Made by a program: the position numbers and the translations under genes. Positions 14,411 through 27,812 of a stretch of 64,000 nucleotides of DNA are shown here, one piece after another. Source of the DNA: Octopus sinensis (Eukaryota); contig NC_043006.1 in the NCBI RefSeq assembly GCF_006345805.1, positions 83,452,001-83,516,000 on the forward strand, given 5' to 3'. The notes beneath the pieces are model-generated. The model was not told the origin of the DNA. It did no database searches and saw only the letters and a list, made by a program, of their open reading frames with translations. Every line of letters starts with the position of its first letter. The stretch's first letter is position 1.

Positions 14411-15604
14411 AACCAGTCTGTAACGGTTAGGTTTTAATTAGTGTATTTACCAATTGTAACAAGTAAGATTGATTAGGTACACAATAATATGAAATGTCGG
14501 AGTCAGCAGTTTAACGTTAAAAATTTGTTGTTATAACGGCATGTTGTAGGATGTGAAAGATGAACAATGCATGAAGTTTTAAGGAAATATTTAATTACCG
14601 TTACGTTACAATACGTTGCCTCGATGGGCAGGTTATGATAAATCCAAAAGCATGCGAAAGAAAGTTAGATGTGGTAGAATTTTTCTTTTGCTTAGTTTGG
14701 CGTACACAAATTGTTAGTAGTAATCCACAGATAGCGATAGATGATGTAAGAGAACATAATTAGAGCTAGTGAAAGTTGTAGGGTTGTGGGACGTTGTCTC
14801 ACAGTTGCTGACAGTAAATTTCATTTCTCTCGCTTGCCTTTGTCTTTAGTAGCTACATTCCTTGTGATCATGATTCTAGCAGTCCGTTCCCTAACTAATT
14901 GAGCCGTCACGAGCCGCCTCGCTCAGTTGTCGCCAAGTAACTACTTGGTTGAATCGTCACCATGTAACTGAACTCGTTGAATCGTCACCGATTGATTTTT
15001 GCTTGGGGTGTTCTTGCTTTTATAACTATCCAGAAGGATAGACATATCATTGAGAACAATAGATCTAGTTGGTGGTCTTGTTATTTCTATTCTAGCTTTT
15101 GGTGAAGTAGAAGAGGTTAGACAGGGTCAAGTGGTGAAGACATTATTTCGGCCTAGCTAAAGGCATCTAGAAAATGTAAAACTGCTGTCAGAGAAAAGCC
15201 ATTGTTCCATCGTGGGAAAAGTTCTGTTGCAGTGTTAATTTAAATTTGGCTATGGTGGATCGAATCCCCTTCATGCTTGCAAGATCCACTACAATTCTAT
15301 GAGAGAAAGACTAAGGTTAGATAGCAGGTGCAGTGCCTTTCAAGGATCCACCAACCATAAATAAGATCTTCCAATTCATGGAGGCTACAAACAGATTCAG
15401 CAACAGAAACATTTAACAGTTCTTTAACCTGAATTTCTTTCTTTTCTTTAGTATTTTTGTATTTGCTTCTTCTAATATAAAAAGGGGTATTATATACCGT
15501 TCTCGATCTGTCGTGATTTACCAATTTTATACGGATGTTTACAGTGATAAAAAGGCACGCCGATAAGACCCACAGTTTCATATGACACCACCAGAAAATG
15601 TTTA

Positions 15605-15814
15605 TGGCAGAGAATGTTTTCACCTCAGTAGACGTCATTGATTGGTTGAAATTGCCGAAATTGAAGAAAATATCTTACAAACTACAGAATTTTCTCAAGA
15701 AAGCCAAGAGAAAAAGATGTTTTATAAACACATTCTACCAGTATACTAAGTTTAAAAGTGTTTAGTTACATGGAAATTATTTTAAAAATCTGCCGGTCAA
15801 AGCGAATAGATCCC
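15605..15814 (-). repeat. ~210-bp repeat, inverted partner at 16909-17128
   Basis: The reverse complement aligns with 16909-17128 (gtaactaaacactt..aaa.tt.g.a.actggtagaatgtgt; atttcgg.aatttcaaccaatcaatgacgt). Confidence 0.8.
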
Positions 15815-17961
15815 AATTTTTTTCCCCCGTAAACTGCCGAGAACGTCGATAAAACATTTGAGCGCTGAAGTGATATTTGTGATACAAAAGGTGAACCATT
15901 GCCGATAAAAATATGACCATCTAGTGTTTAAGACTGAGTCAATCAGTACTCGGTATATTTCCAAGATTCAACACACTTTGAATTGAATAAATTGAGTAAA
16001 TTATAATAATCAAAGTAAAGGGCAACCATAAACGGGCAGGTGTGCTTCATGTTATCAGGTGCTGACCAACAGACTTGCTTTTCTTTCCTTCTTCGATGCA
16101 TTAAGCTCGTCATATAATAATAATAGGACTAATGTGGAGTTTTGTGTCCTAAAAAGGTGCAAGCAAATAACAGTAGAAAGTGAAAGGGACGAATGAAATT
16201 ACATAACTTCATTATATTTATATAACGTGAAAGCTATGCATAGAACGTAATTAAAGCTGTTTCAATGTCTGTGAACCTGTTTTGCTCATACAGGTACGAT
16301 CTTAATAAAGCTTCACTCATTTTACATTATCACATGAGTTTCTTCTTGGTGAGTATCTAACGTCCTTCCATAGTCTTTTATAGAATGCATATATCATTAG
16401 ATCAACAAAAATTTTTAAATGGTAGCCTACATATCTAATATCAAATGCATCCCTGGTAATACCTATAGCGTTACGATGGGGCGAACTGTTTCACACAGAC
16501 GACAGATCTCAAACAGGCAGCGTTTTCCTAAACCCACTTCTACTGCACGAAACCCCCGGTTCCCTTTACCTCACTATTTTGCTGATGTTTTCGGTGCATG
16601 TATGTATGAGATTTTATTATCGTCGCTTCCGGTGCAATTTGTATTCGCTTTTCTTCGACATTTAACGGTTTGTTAACCGAGAAATGAGCTTAATTATTAT
16701 TTTCCCCATTAAATCAAATTAAGATCTTTAAACGCGTAAGAAACGGTTTATTGCGTAGTTTCTGTTTTAGAGCATAACTAACAAGTTAAAATTAATGTAG
16801 ACACATTTTCAACGTTACATTGCACACACACACAATTTACATTGCTGATGTTGTGTATTAGGAAAAAATATTTAAACTCTTAGGTCTAAATAATTTAAAT
16901 AATAATTCGGATCTTTACCTTTTGACGTACAGATTTAAAAAATAATTTTTTGTAACTAAACACTTTCAAATTTCGGACACTGGTAGAATGTGTCATATAA
17001 AACATGTTTTACTCTTAACATTTTTGAGAAAAACTTCTATTTACGAAGTAATTTCACGTCAAAGTTGTAGTATTTCGGTAATTTCAACCAATCAATGACG
17101 TGTATTCAGCTGAATAAAATTACTGCCGTTGTTTGTCAACAACTATCGGCGGCATATTTTTCGTTTGTCACTAAATAAAAAAAAAATAGCATGAATATAA
17201 TACGTCTAGAATGATTATATGCCCCCGTGGTATTTGATCAGAAGTTAAGGACGGATGCGAATTAATTCTGTAATGCAATCATTCTATTGCTCCAGTCCTC
17301 AGTTGAAATCATACTGTTGGCCAATTTGTCCCAAAGTTCTTATCTAGACCTAAAATTAACGAAGCGAATATCATTTATCTCCCCTTTGATCTCTGACGTC
17401 ACCTAATAAATGCCAACCAAGATGGCATGAATCAGGCAAGCTTCACCTGCTAGAAATAGCTATACAAATGCTTTAAATCAGATCCCAATGCTAGATGTTT
17501 AAGAACCAAATAAAGGGCAGATTTTCAATCCCGGGGTCATCCTGATTCCAAAGAGCAAATATAGAATGAGATACAGGGGTCCCAGGCGGACAGACAGAAC
17601 TTCGCTTTTATCAATGTGTGTGTGTGTGTGTATGTGTGCTTGCGTGCATGTGTGTGTCCAAGTGGTCTATGATCTGAAACCCATTCCGATCCTCGGCCAA
17701 GTAAAATATCTCCCTACAAAATGGCCGCCATGTGAAAGTCTTCCTTATATAGGTTTTCCACTTCCGTCAGTTGTTTATGTAATCTCTTTCCTGGCATTCT
17801 AAATATGGGCCACTGGTTCTGACACCAACATCACTTTTCAAATGCTCAAATACCTTTTGTTGTTGAACTTCCCATAGAAATAGGACACTACGTTTACGAA
17901 GTGATTCAAACAATGATATACAGCCTGAATAATTTCTATACACATTCATCCATCCATCCAT

Positions 17962-18061
<100 letters not shown>

Positions 18062-19549
18062 CAGCGGGTTTCCATATAGTTTCTGTCCAACAAGATTGCT
18101 CCATAAAGCACTGGTCAACACAATGTCACACTCTGGGACTGAACCCAAAACTACGTGATTGCAAAGCAAGCTTCTTAATCATTCAATCATGCCTCTGTGT
18201 GTATGTGTGTGTGCGCGTGCGAGCGCTTATAAATCTCTGACAGTGACTTAGTTCGTTTGCTCACTTTACTTGATAACTCCACCATTTTTATTATCTTATC
18301 TACTTTAAAATTTAGGCTTTGAAGTTGCTTTTTTTTTCACTAATATATGCATCATCTTCATAAATAATAAACATTATCGGTATGACTTCCAGCAACATGT
18401 TTAATTGCTCTCTGAAAGATAGTGCAAGCTGTGTTTGAAGGATCGTGTCTTCCATATAAAAGACGTGTCTTTCTGGGGAAAAAAATTGGTGCATTTGTCG
18501 TTTTAATTTATCTTGCTTTAGAACACACTTCTATCTGTTGATAGAAATCCATTTTATAATACAAATATCGATTTAGTATTTGGGAATTGAATAATGGAGC
18601 GGAACAAATTCTTTCATTTAGATCTACTCTATAGACTTCACATATTCTCACATTTCCATTCACCTTTCACGCAACCAGTATAAGAGCTCATTTATTTATT
18701 TTTATTTCTTCAGAAAGGGGAGTCCCTTTCCAAAGAGACGTCAGTAAATTAGTTCCCTTTGCTTGGCTATGACTGATGGTTTGTCATTCATGTATTACAG
18801 TCATGGGCAAACTACGGTTCGCGGGATTTTCCGTATGCCACGCTTATGACAAAATACCTTGAATTTTTTTTAGCAGTGTACTTCGACTAATAATTAATCA
18901 TTTCACATGCGGCCTGCTTCTCGAAAAAGGTTGCTTATGCTTAGTGTATTAGCAATAGTCTTTCCTCAAAATAACATGGATTGATATATTTTTGAGAATG
19001 TTAGTTTTAGAGCCACTTAATCATTTAGATTATTCTGGAACTTAGATCTTTTGTTTGAAATCACAGTTTCTGATCAGTAGTTTATTCAAAACCATCCAGA
19101 TGTTTTAAAGTATTATTGCCGTTATTGTCACCTGACTCGCATCATAACCTTATCGAGTTTCATATCAATGATCTCTGCAATATGTTTTACGCCAGTTTTA
19201 TAAATACGCCACTTTCAATTTCTGCAACGGCTTTTAAAAAATTCTGCTTACTATCAGAAAGTGATTATTTTTTCACATTTGAAACAATTTACGACATTGT
19301 GGTATTCCAACAAAACTACGATACCCCATAGTTATTAACTGCACCGTACACTGCTATTTTCGTGTTTGACATAATTCCCTAAATCCTTTATATTTTAGTC
19401 TCTCCTTTTCAGGTGCTCACTCTGTAATCTGGATGCCTGATAGAATGAATGTGTTGATAAAAACTAATCTTGAAACTATTTACAGACAAGCTAATATACC
19501 TTTACCTTACCATAGCCCAATAAACTAAAACTACGAAAAGTAACTGCCG

Positions 19550-19588
<39 letters not shown>

Positions 19589-20564
19589 GTGTGTGTGTAG
19601 AAAGTAAACATATGTTGTTCTGCCTCACTGAGTTTCTCGAAATACTCTGAGAAGCTCATTGAACGAAACAACCGGTTGCGTTGTCAGTGCAAAATAAACA
19701 AATTTATTTATATTCTGTTAATTCAGGGTTGAGTTTTGTATGACATTTTAGGGGTCCCTCTTGCTTTAAAAACAGTGTGTGTGTGTGTCTTTAGGCATGT
19801 TTATTAATGTTTTGTTTAGAGTTATATTTCCTTTTTTACCCTACGGTTTTTTCAAGATTAGTTGATACACACACACAAACACACGCGCACACACATACAC
19901 ACACACGCATACACACAACATACGTTTAGTGTTGATTGTCAGAAGAAAGAGTACTCAAGGCTATAGTAGAGATCAATATTTTTCGTTTGATCATGTCGTT
20001 TGATCATGAAACTCAAGAGTTTCGCCTGTGCGTTCATAGGTTCATCAGGCAAATCATGGCCGAAAATTTATGATGGAAATTATACATATACAATGGGTCG
20101 TAAGTTGGAGACTGACAATTTCTCTAACAGGAAATCTCTTATGTCTATATAATATGTAATTTTTTGTGATTTTTATTGGAAAACGAAACACGTTTAATGG
20201 AGAATAAATAGTATATTTTCCTGTTTTGTTTGTGTGTGTATATAACCTCCATCAAGACCCTTCTCGTACCTTATCCCTGACTGTGGACACAGGTGAAACT
20301 TCAGACAAGCAAGAGACTGACTCGACCAATATATATTGTATGAGTAAGAGTGTGTGTGTGTGTGTGTGTGTGTAATTGGGATAAAAACCGAGATAATATG
20401 TTTGCGTGCGCGTGTGCGTATCTATTGCAGTACCTTTTTTTTGAGCCCCCATTCTGACGAAATTTTGTCTCCACGTTCCGATTACGTCTTCCTGGCATCT
20501 GTTGATGCTGCGTTGTGGGTGTCTATTTTGATAAGAGAAAATACAGCTAGCAGAACGATGGGGT

Positions 20565-21610
<1,046 letters not shown>

Positions 21611-21820
21611 GCAGCACACGCACATAGACACACGCATACTCGTATCTACACATACACACACTCGTATCTACACATACGCATAGACACAGACGCTCACTCG
21701 TATCTACGCATACACACAGAAATGCCTGAAAGCTCGCACACATATACACACATACACGTATATATACACACTTGCACAAACTGACAGACAGAGACGATCG
21801 TTCCTTTAAACGCAATCAAC

Positions 21821-22000
21821 ATGGCGTCATCGGACGCTACGTTACTATGTCGTGTTCAATACCTGGACGACATGGACCCATTTTCCAACACCAGTATGTT
21901 TCTAGAACCTACCCGACCTCCAACATTCATTTTCCATAAGGATGTACCACTATGTAATCAAATAGGGGCCGTCCACAAGTTGCTGAATGCTCCACACAAG
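21821..22000 (+). CDS. FHOD3: FHOD-family formin (FH1/FH2 domain-containing protein), coding exon 1, N-terminal GBD region
   Basis: Translates to MASSDATLLCRVQYLDDMDPFSNTSMFLEPTRPPTFIFHKDVPLCNQIGAVHKLLNAPHK, matching the recalled FHOD N-terminus (CRVQ(Y/F)LDDxDPF...EPxRPP...VHxLLxAPHK). Good start context caacATGG. Ends at phase-0 donor AAG|GTGAGA (22000/22001). The symbol denotes the family: invertebrates have a single FHOD1/3 co-orthologue. Confidence 0.93.
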
Positions 22001-22077
22001 GTGAGACAAGGCATTTCTTCTTCTCTCTCTCTCTCTTTCTCTCTCTGTGTCTCTCTCTCTGTCTCTCTCTCCATTTC

Positions 22078-22135
<58 letters not shown>

Positions 22136-23617
22136 CTGTTTATCTACTTTGTCCCCGCTTTATTTATTAGGGATTTTATTCGTTGTTATTTCTGGGCTCC
22201 CCCCTAACTTGCGCTACCACTAATTCTCTTTAAATTCCTATTTTTAATTCAAAAACCCCAAAATGATTTTGTTTTACATTACAATGTCATTTCATTTTCT
22301 GTGTTGATTGTTGTTATTTAAAAGTCTCCACGATGTCAGCCCTTAAAAAAAGAAAAAAGAAAAAAGACCCAGATCAAAACACTTCCAGCCTCTGATCACA
22401 CCCTTTTTTAAAAAATATATATATGTGGACTTATACAATTCATTGTGTATTCCCACTACCCGTTTTAAGAATGCAAAGTGTGATTTTGATGGGGATTTGA
22501 CTGCTATTTCTTGTAATGGTTCCTCTCTTTCTTGGCTGTTTATACGCAACACAATCTGCTCTAGGAAAGGCATGAAAGCCGAACAATCTCATCTATTTAT
22601 TTGTGCTATACATTCCTATAATTATGATTTTTGGCGCTACGTTTTCATCCAAACTAAGACTGTGATCAAATCTCTATTTTTCAACTGAAACTATTTCCAT
22701 TGTTTATATATATACATAAATACATACATAATGAAGATATTATTAATAGAAAATAATAATAATAATAATATTGGTGGCTAGTTAGCAAAAAACCATAATA
22801 ATTCCAAGACATATGTTTTCAATTTTTGTGAGACCTTCTGCAGTTAGGGGACCCCTCCCAGTTTTATATAAATATATTAAGGGCTTCACTCTGTCTACAT
22901 CCAGCATTAATGTGCGGGGAGGGAGCTCTCTAAAGATGTATGTGTCTTTTATAGATTTCATATTGCGGTGTTACTTTATTTGAAAGTTAATCTCCACCTA
23001 TATCGAGTCGTATCTGGGTCCCGGTTTCGAACCCTCATTGATGACTTGCCACTTTTTTTCTTTTTCTTTTTTTCCCTTCTTTTCCATTCATAACGTATCG
23101 TAAGTAGGGGTTTGGACGTGACAGATTTAATTTAATTTAATTTATTTTAATTTTCTAGTCGATCCCTTATTCAAAAAGCAACATGGAACAAGATCAATAT
23201 CGAATAATGTAAACAACACCTAAACACTTCAAGTTAATTACCTCTATAACTGACTTTTTCTTCAGCTTAACCCGTCATTTCAGCAAATCTTATATATATA
23301 TGAGGGAGAGAGATCGTTATTACCTATATAAATATTTGATCGGGAGAGCAAATCGAATAGGAAAAGGTCACGCTTTACAACAAAATATAACAGGTGTGTC
23401 TTCATTCATTTCTGCTTCATGAGGCTTTGTTATTTCAAATTCCTTTACACCACCTCCGCTTGTAACAAAGATGATCATTGATATATATATATACTTGTTG
23501 ATCTAAAATGAACTATCCTAACCTCTTGAGCATTTTTTTAAATACTTATGTTATGAACTTTTATAATGTATTATATAATATGTGGAAATATGTACACACA
23601 AACAAAATTAACACGTG

Positions 23618-23668
<51 letters not shown>

Positions 23669-23823
23669 ATTGGTGAATTGAAGAAATGGAGCTGAACGCA
23701 GATTGAACAGAAATCGTTTTATTTCATTCTACACGTGTTTCGAAAGGCACAAATTACCAAAATCCGATTGAATAATGGGACCATATTGTGTCTACTACAA
23801 GATTATTCATCTTTCTATTTCAC

Positions 23824-23864
<41 letters not shown>

Positions 23865-24223
23865 TGCTATAGGCACCAGGCCTGAAATTTAGGTAGAGGG
23901 TGTAGCAGTCGATTATATTGACTAGTGTTTATTAACTGGTACTTATTTTATCGATCTCGAAAAGATAAAAGGCTAAGTCAGCCTCGGCAGCTTTTGAATT
24001 CAGTACGTAAAGAGCCAGAATAAATGCCGATGTATGTATGTGTTTGTATGGAAGAAAATTATATTTATTGCTTTTATTCGCCGCAAGGACAACGGACGAG
24101 GGGGATATTATGGGAGAAAAATTACAAAAACAGGATTTTGACGTATTAGGTGTATTTGTGTTACCTTTTCACTACATCGGCATGCATTAAATTAAAGAGG
24201 CTGTTAAAAAACACCGAGTCAAA

Positions 24224-24264
<41 letters not shown>

Positions 24265-26308
24265 GTTGTACATATTGGGGAATTAGAACTCAATACGTAG
24301 TGTAAATATTCTAATTATAGTTATGATGCTACATCAGAGATTCAATCAACGGCCTCCAGTTTTGCACCTTTGCAGTTAATGGTTTAAGTTGTTCTAAAAC
24401 TAAACATACCCGACTCATTATCGTAGCTTCACGGTTATAAATAATAATGAGAATATGCATGTATGTTTAGTTATATATTGGTTTCAATTTTTGGCACAGA
24501 GCCAGCAATTTTAGGGAAGGTACTTATTTTATCGATCTCGAAAGGACGAAAGGCAAAGTCGACCTCGGCAGAATTTGAACTCGGAACGTGAAGACGGACG
24601 AAATGCCGCTAAGCATTTTGCCTGATGTGCTAACGATTCTGCCAGCTTGCCACATGTGTGTGGTTATATATAAAAGCCTAACACTTTACCTATAGACATT
24701 TATAGTTTGATAAGCCTTCCTTAGTTAAACTTCGAAGTCACTGTCACTTACAATCATATTATCTGGCATACAAGTCGATGTATATAGTGTAAACATAGTA
24801 TAAACATTCAGACATCCTCACTATCCTTGCAAATGCTGCTGCATTTCATGAAATTTGTATCCTCCAAAGTCGTCTTTGTGTATAAGTCGACCTGCCATTT
24901 GGCTGTAAATCTTGTTCAGAAAAATTCGACTTGTATGCCGGAAAATACCTGTACGGTCGCTGCCTTGTTCGATTTATTTTGCTCACCTAGGATAGCGCAG
25001 GTTCTTATTTCATCTTCATTGCTTCCTTTTTAGAGTCTTGTCTTAGGGGTTAGTTGGAAACTTTTAAAGCTAGAATGATACTTCTGTTTAAATAATTATA
25101 ACTTATCACGATCAGAATGTCGTTAAATGGCAGATGTGATTTAAGTGTGTGATTCACGAAGTTGATTCTTCCGAAAACATCCCGTGCGAACGCAATATAA
25201 TCATTCAGTTTTCGATATTGATATTCACTTTTCATTATTATTATTATTATTAGTAGTAGTAGTATTATTTGTCTCCCATCTGTCGACCTAGTGGCAAATA
25301 AAAGAAATTGGTGTTATTTTTGTACATGAACTGTTTTAGATTTGGTCACACGTGTTTTATAAAATAGAATGACAGAATATTTACGCAGTGTTCAATTCTG
25401 CTTTTATCTTTCTGGCTGGTTGTTGTTGTTGTTGTTGTCGTCGTTGTCGGTGGCGGTGGAAACAAGAACCAGTTAAGTACGAGAATCAGATCGACTCTGC
25501 ATACCTTTTCCTCCAAAGTTGTGTGGCCTTGAGCCAAAATTTAAAATCCTATTTATCTGTCATAAATGTCACAATTTCTTATTTCTATATAACACCCACA
25601 CTGTTGCGGTTGTTGTTGTTGTTTAGTCCCCACCCTCATTTGCATCTCAAGTCACTTCTGATCGAACAGGTCTATAATCAAAGGCGTCCCAGGCTTGGCT
25701 ATTCCATAAGTTTGTGTGTGTGTGTGTGTGTATTCATATTTATACAGGGCTGTCTTGTGTACCTCTCTTTTATTAGGAAGGTATGGTGCAATTTGAGAGA
25801 ATTTGGCTGCTATTTCTTGGAAGTCTAGTGGCCATATGTAGAGTGGATGTCTATTACATCCACCCAAATGTTCAACTGATACTTATTTTATCAACCCCAA
25901 AAAGGATGAAAAGCAAAGTTGAGCTCAGTGGAATTTGAACTCAGAATGTAAAGATGGACGAAATGCCACTCAGCATTTTGTTTGGGTTGTTAATGAAATG
26001 CTTAGTGGCATAATTCATTATCATTGATGAATTATTGTCCCTGTAATGTTCCATTTATCTATCACCCTTGTGGCAAATATAAGAAATATCGGTTTTAAGT
26101 TTTGGCACAAGGCCAACCGTTTCAGGGCAGAGGGTAAGTTGATTTCATTAACCTCAGTGTTCAACAGGTACTTATTTTATTGATCCACAAAGGGTTGAAT
26201 GGCAAAGTTGACCTCAGTGGAATTTGAACTCAGAACATAACAGTGAACAAAATGCCATTCAGCATTTTGCTCGGCATGCTAACTATTCTGCCAGCTTGCA
26301 ACCTTACA

Positions 26309-26673
26309 TTATTACCTCCACCTTAATGAAGGCGGAGGTATTGTTTTCAGTCACATTTGTTTATTTGCTAGTTAGTCTGTGGACAAGATATCTTGAGAAC
26401 CACTGGATGGATTCGAATGAAACTTTCAGGGATGTTTGGCCAAGCGACTGGCACAAAGTGATTAGATTTTGGGATCGATCCGATACCGGACAAGGATTCT
26501 TGATTATTTTTCTTAATTTTTGAGAGCAGTCAGGTTCATTTTTAGTATTCTTGTTTGTGAGAGCAGTCGAATTTATTTCAGATATTCTCATTTTAAAAAT
26601 CATCTCTGGCTAATCGTTGAGAGGATGTTGGTGTTACCTTGGTGGAGGTTTGCACTCACTGAGTGCTCTTGTT
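26309..26673 (+). mobile_element. Non-autonomous Helentron/Helitron2-type element (HINE/DINE-1-like architecture)
   Basis: 5' TTATTACCTCCACCTT-aatg-AAGGCGGAGGTA hairpin; 3' sub-terminal inverted repeat CCTTGGTGGAGGT followed by hairpin GCACTC-act-GAGTGC and tcttgtt. This matches the described HINE layout (subTIR + IR, subTIR + stem-loop, T-rich target). Confidence 0.72.
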
Positions 26674-27761
26674 TATTATTGAATTCAAATCATGCCAGGT
26701 TCAACTTTATTCCTGGTTCGATACTTGAGTTAATTTAATTGATTATATATCTGTTCACTGCCAATTATCATCACCCACCTTTATAAAAAATGCTAGCAAA
26801 ATCAGAAATCATTGGCATACTGACAGAATCATTAGTATATCAGACATACTGTTTAGCAGCATTTCTTCCAACTCTTTAGGTTCTGAGTTCAAATCCCACC
26901 AAGCTTAACTTTGCCTTTTATCTTTTCGGGGTCAACAAAATAAGCACCCAGTTGATCACTGAGATCAATGTAATCAACTTACTCTCTTCCCTAAAAATTT
27001 ATTTTGGCGGGGTTTAAACTGCAGTAGATATCAGTAGCTCTTAAACTGTAGTGTTGGATGCAAGAGGTATCTGAGTGCACCACAGATTTTTTTAGAAAAT
27101 AAAATTTAAGGCTTTAGTAAATTCATACTAATGTTTGGGCATCTTGAGAATTTCTTTGGTTTTATGATACAAACCTCTTTGTTTAAAGTGGTCTAAATTA
27201 AAACTTTCCATTAAAATTTCACCTTTATTTATGTTCCAAACACCATCAATGGCAGCTATTTTGTTATATTCTTTGTTATATTCAAAATTAATTGAAACAA
27301 AGGTGGTGTATTTTAACAGAAATATAATATCGAAGTAAACAACAATGTCATCTAATAATTTTTCTTAATTTTTGAATTTTTTTTTGTGTTTTCAAATTTG
27401 CATGCCATGCACACTGATAATTATCACATTTGATCTTCAGTGCACTACAAAGTAAACATGATTGAGAATCATAACAAGCTGAGGGAGATTAGGCTACTAT
27501 CTCTTGCAGATTGAATGATGGTGTAGAGGTTCCTACATTGCTCTTGTATGTGTAATAGGAGTACAGATATAGATAGAGTACACTGAATCAACTCTAGTAT
27601 GATACCGGTATTTATTTTGTGAACTCCTGGTGGGGTTGAGAAACAGTAGCTCATGGCAAGACGATAATTTAATTATCATTGGTCTTTTTAAATTGTATAC
27701 ATGCATAATGAATAAAAATAACAGTATACATGCCCACGCACCTAACCTGGGATAAAAAAAG

Positions 27762-27812
<51 letters not shown>

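Noticed and set aside
14690-15290. Possible decayed retroelement ORF with short direct repeats (gttgaatcgtcacc x2)
   Set aside because: No diagnostic RT, endonuclease or GIY-YIG motif readable in the frames checked.
22001-22207. ORF-track extension of FHOD exon 1 (VRQGISSSLSLS...)
   Set aside because: Read-through past the GTGAGA donor into a (CT)n tract; FHOD homology stops at APHK and resumes at 61638.
23720-23815. Minus-strand CGAAACACGTGTA (stem III-like) in a Penelope-like fragment
   Set aside because: No CUGANGA partner recoverable.
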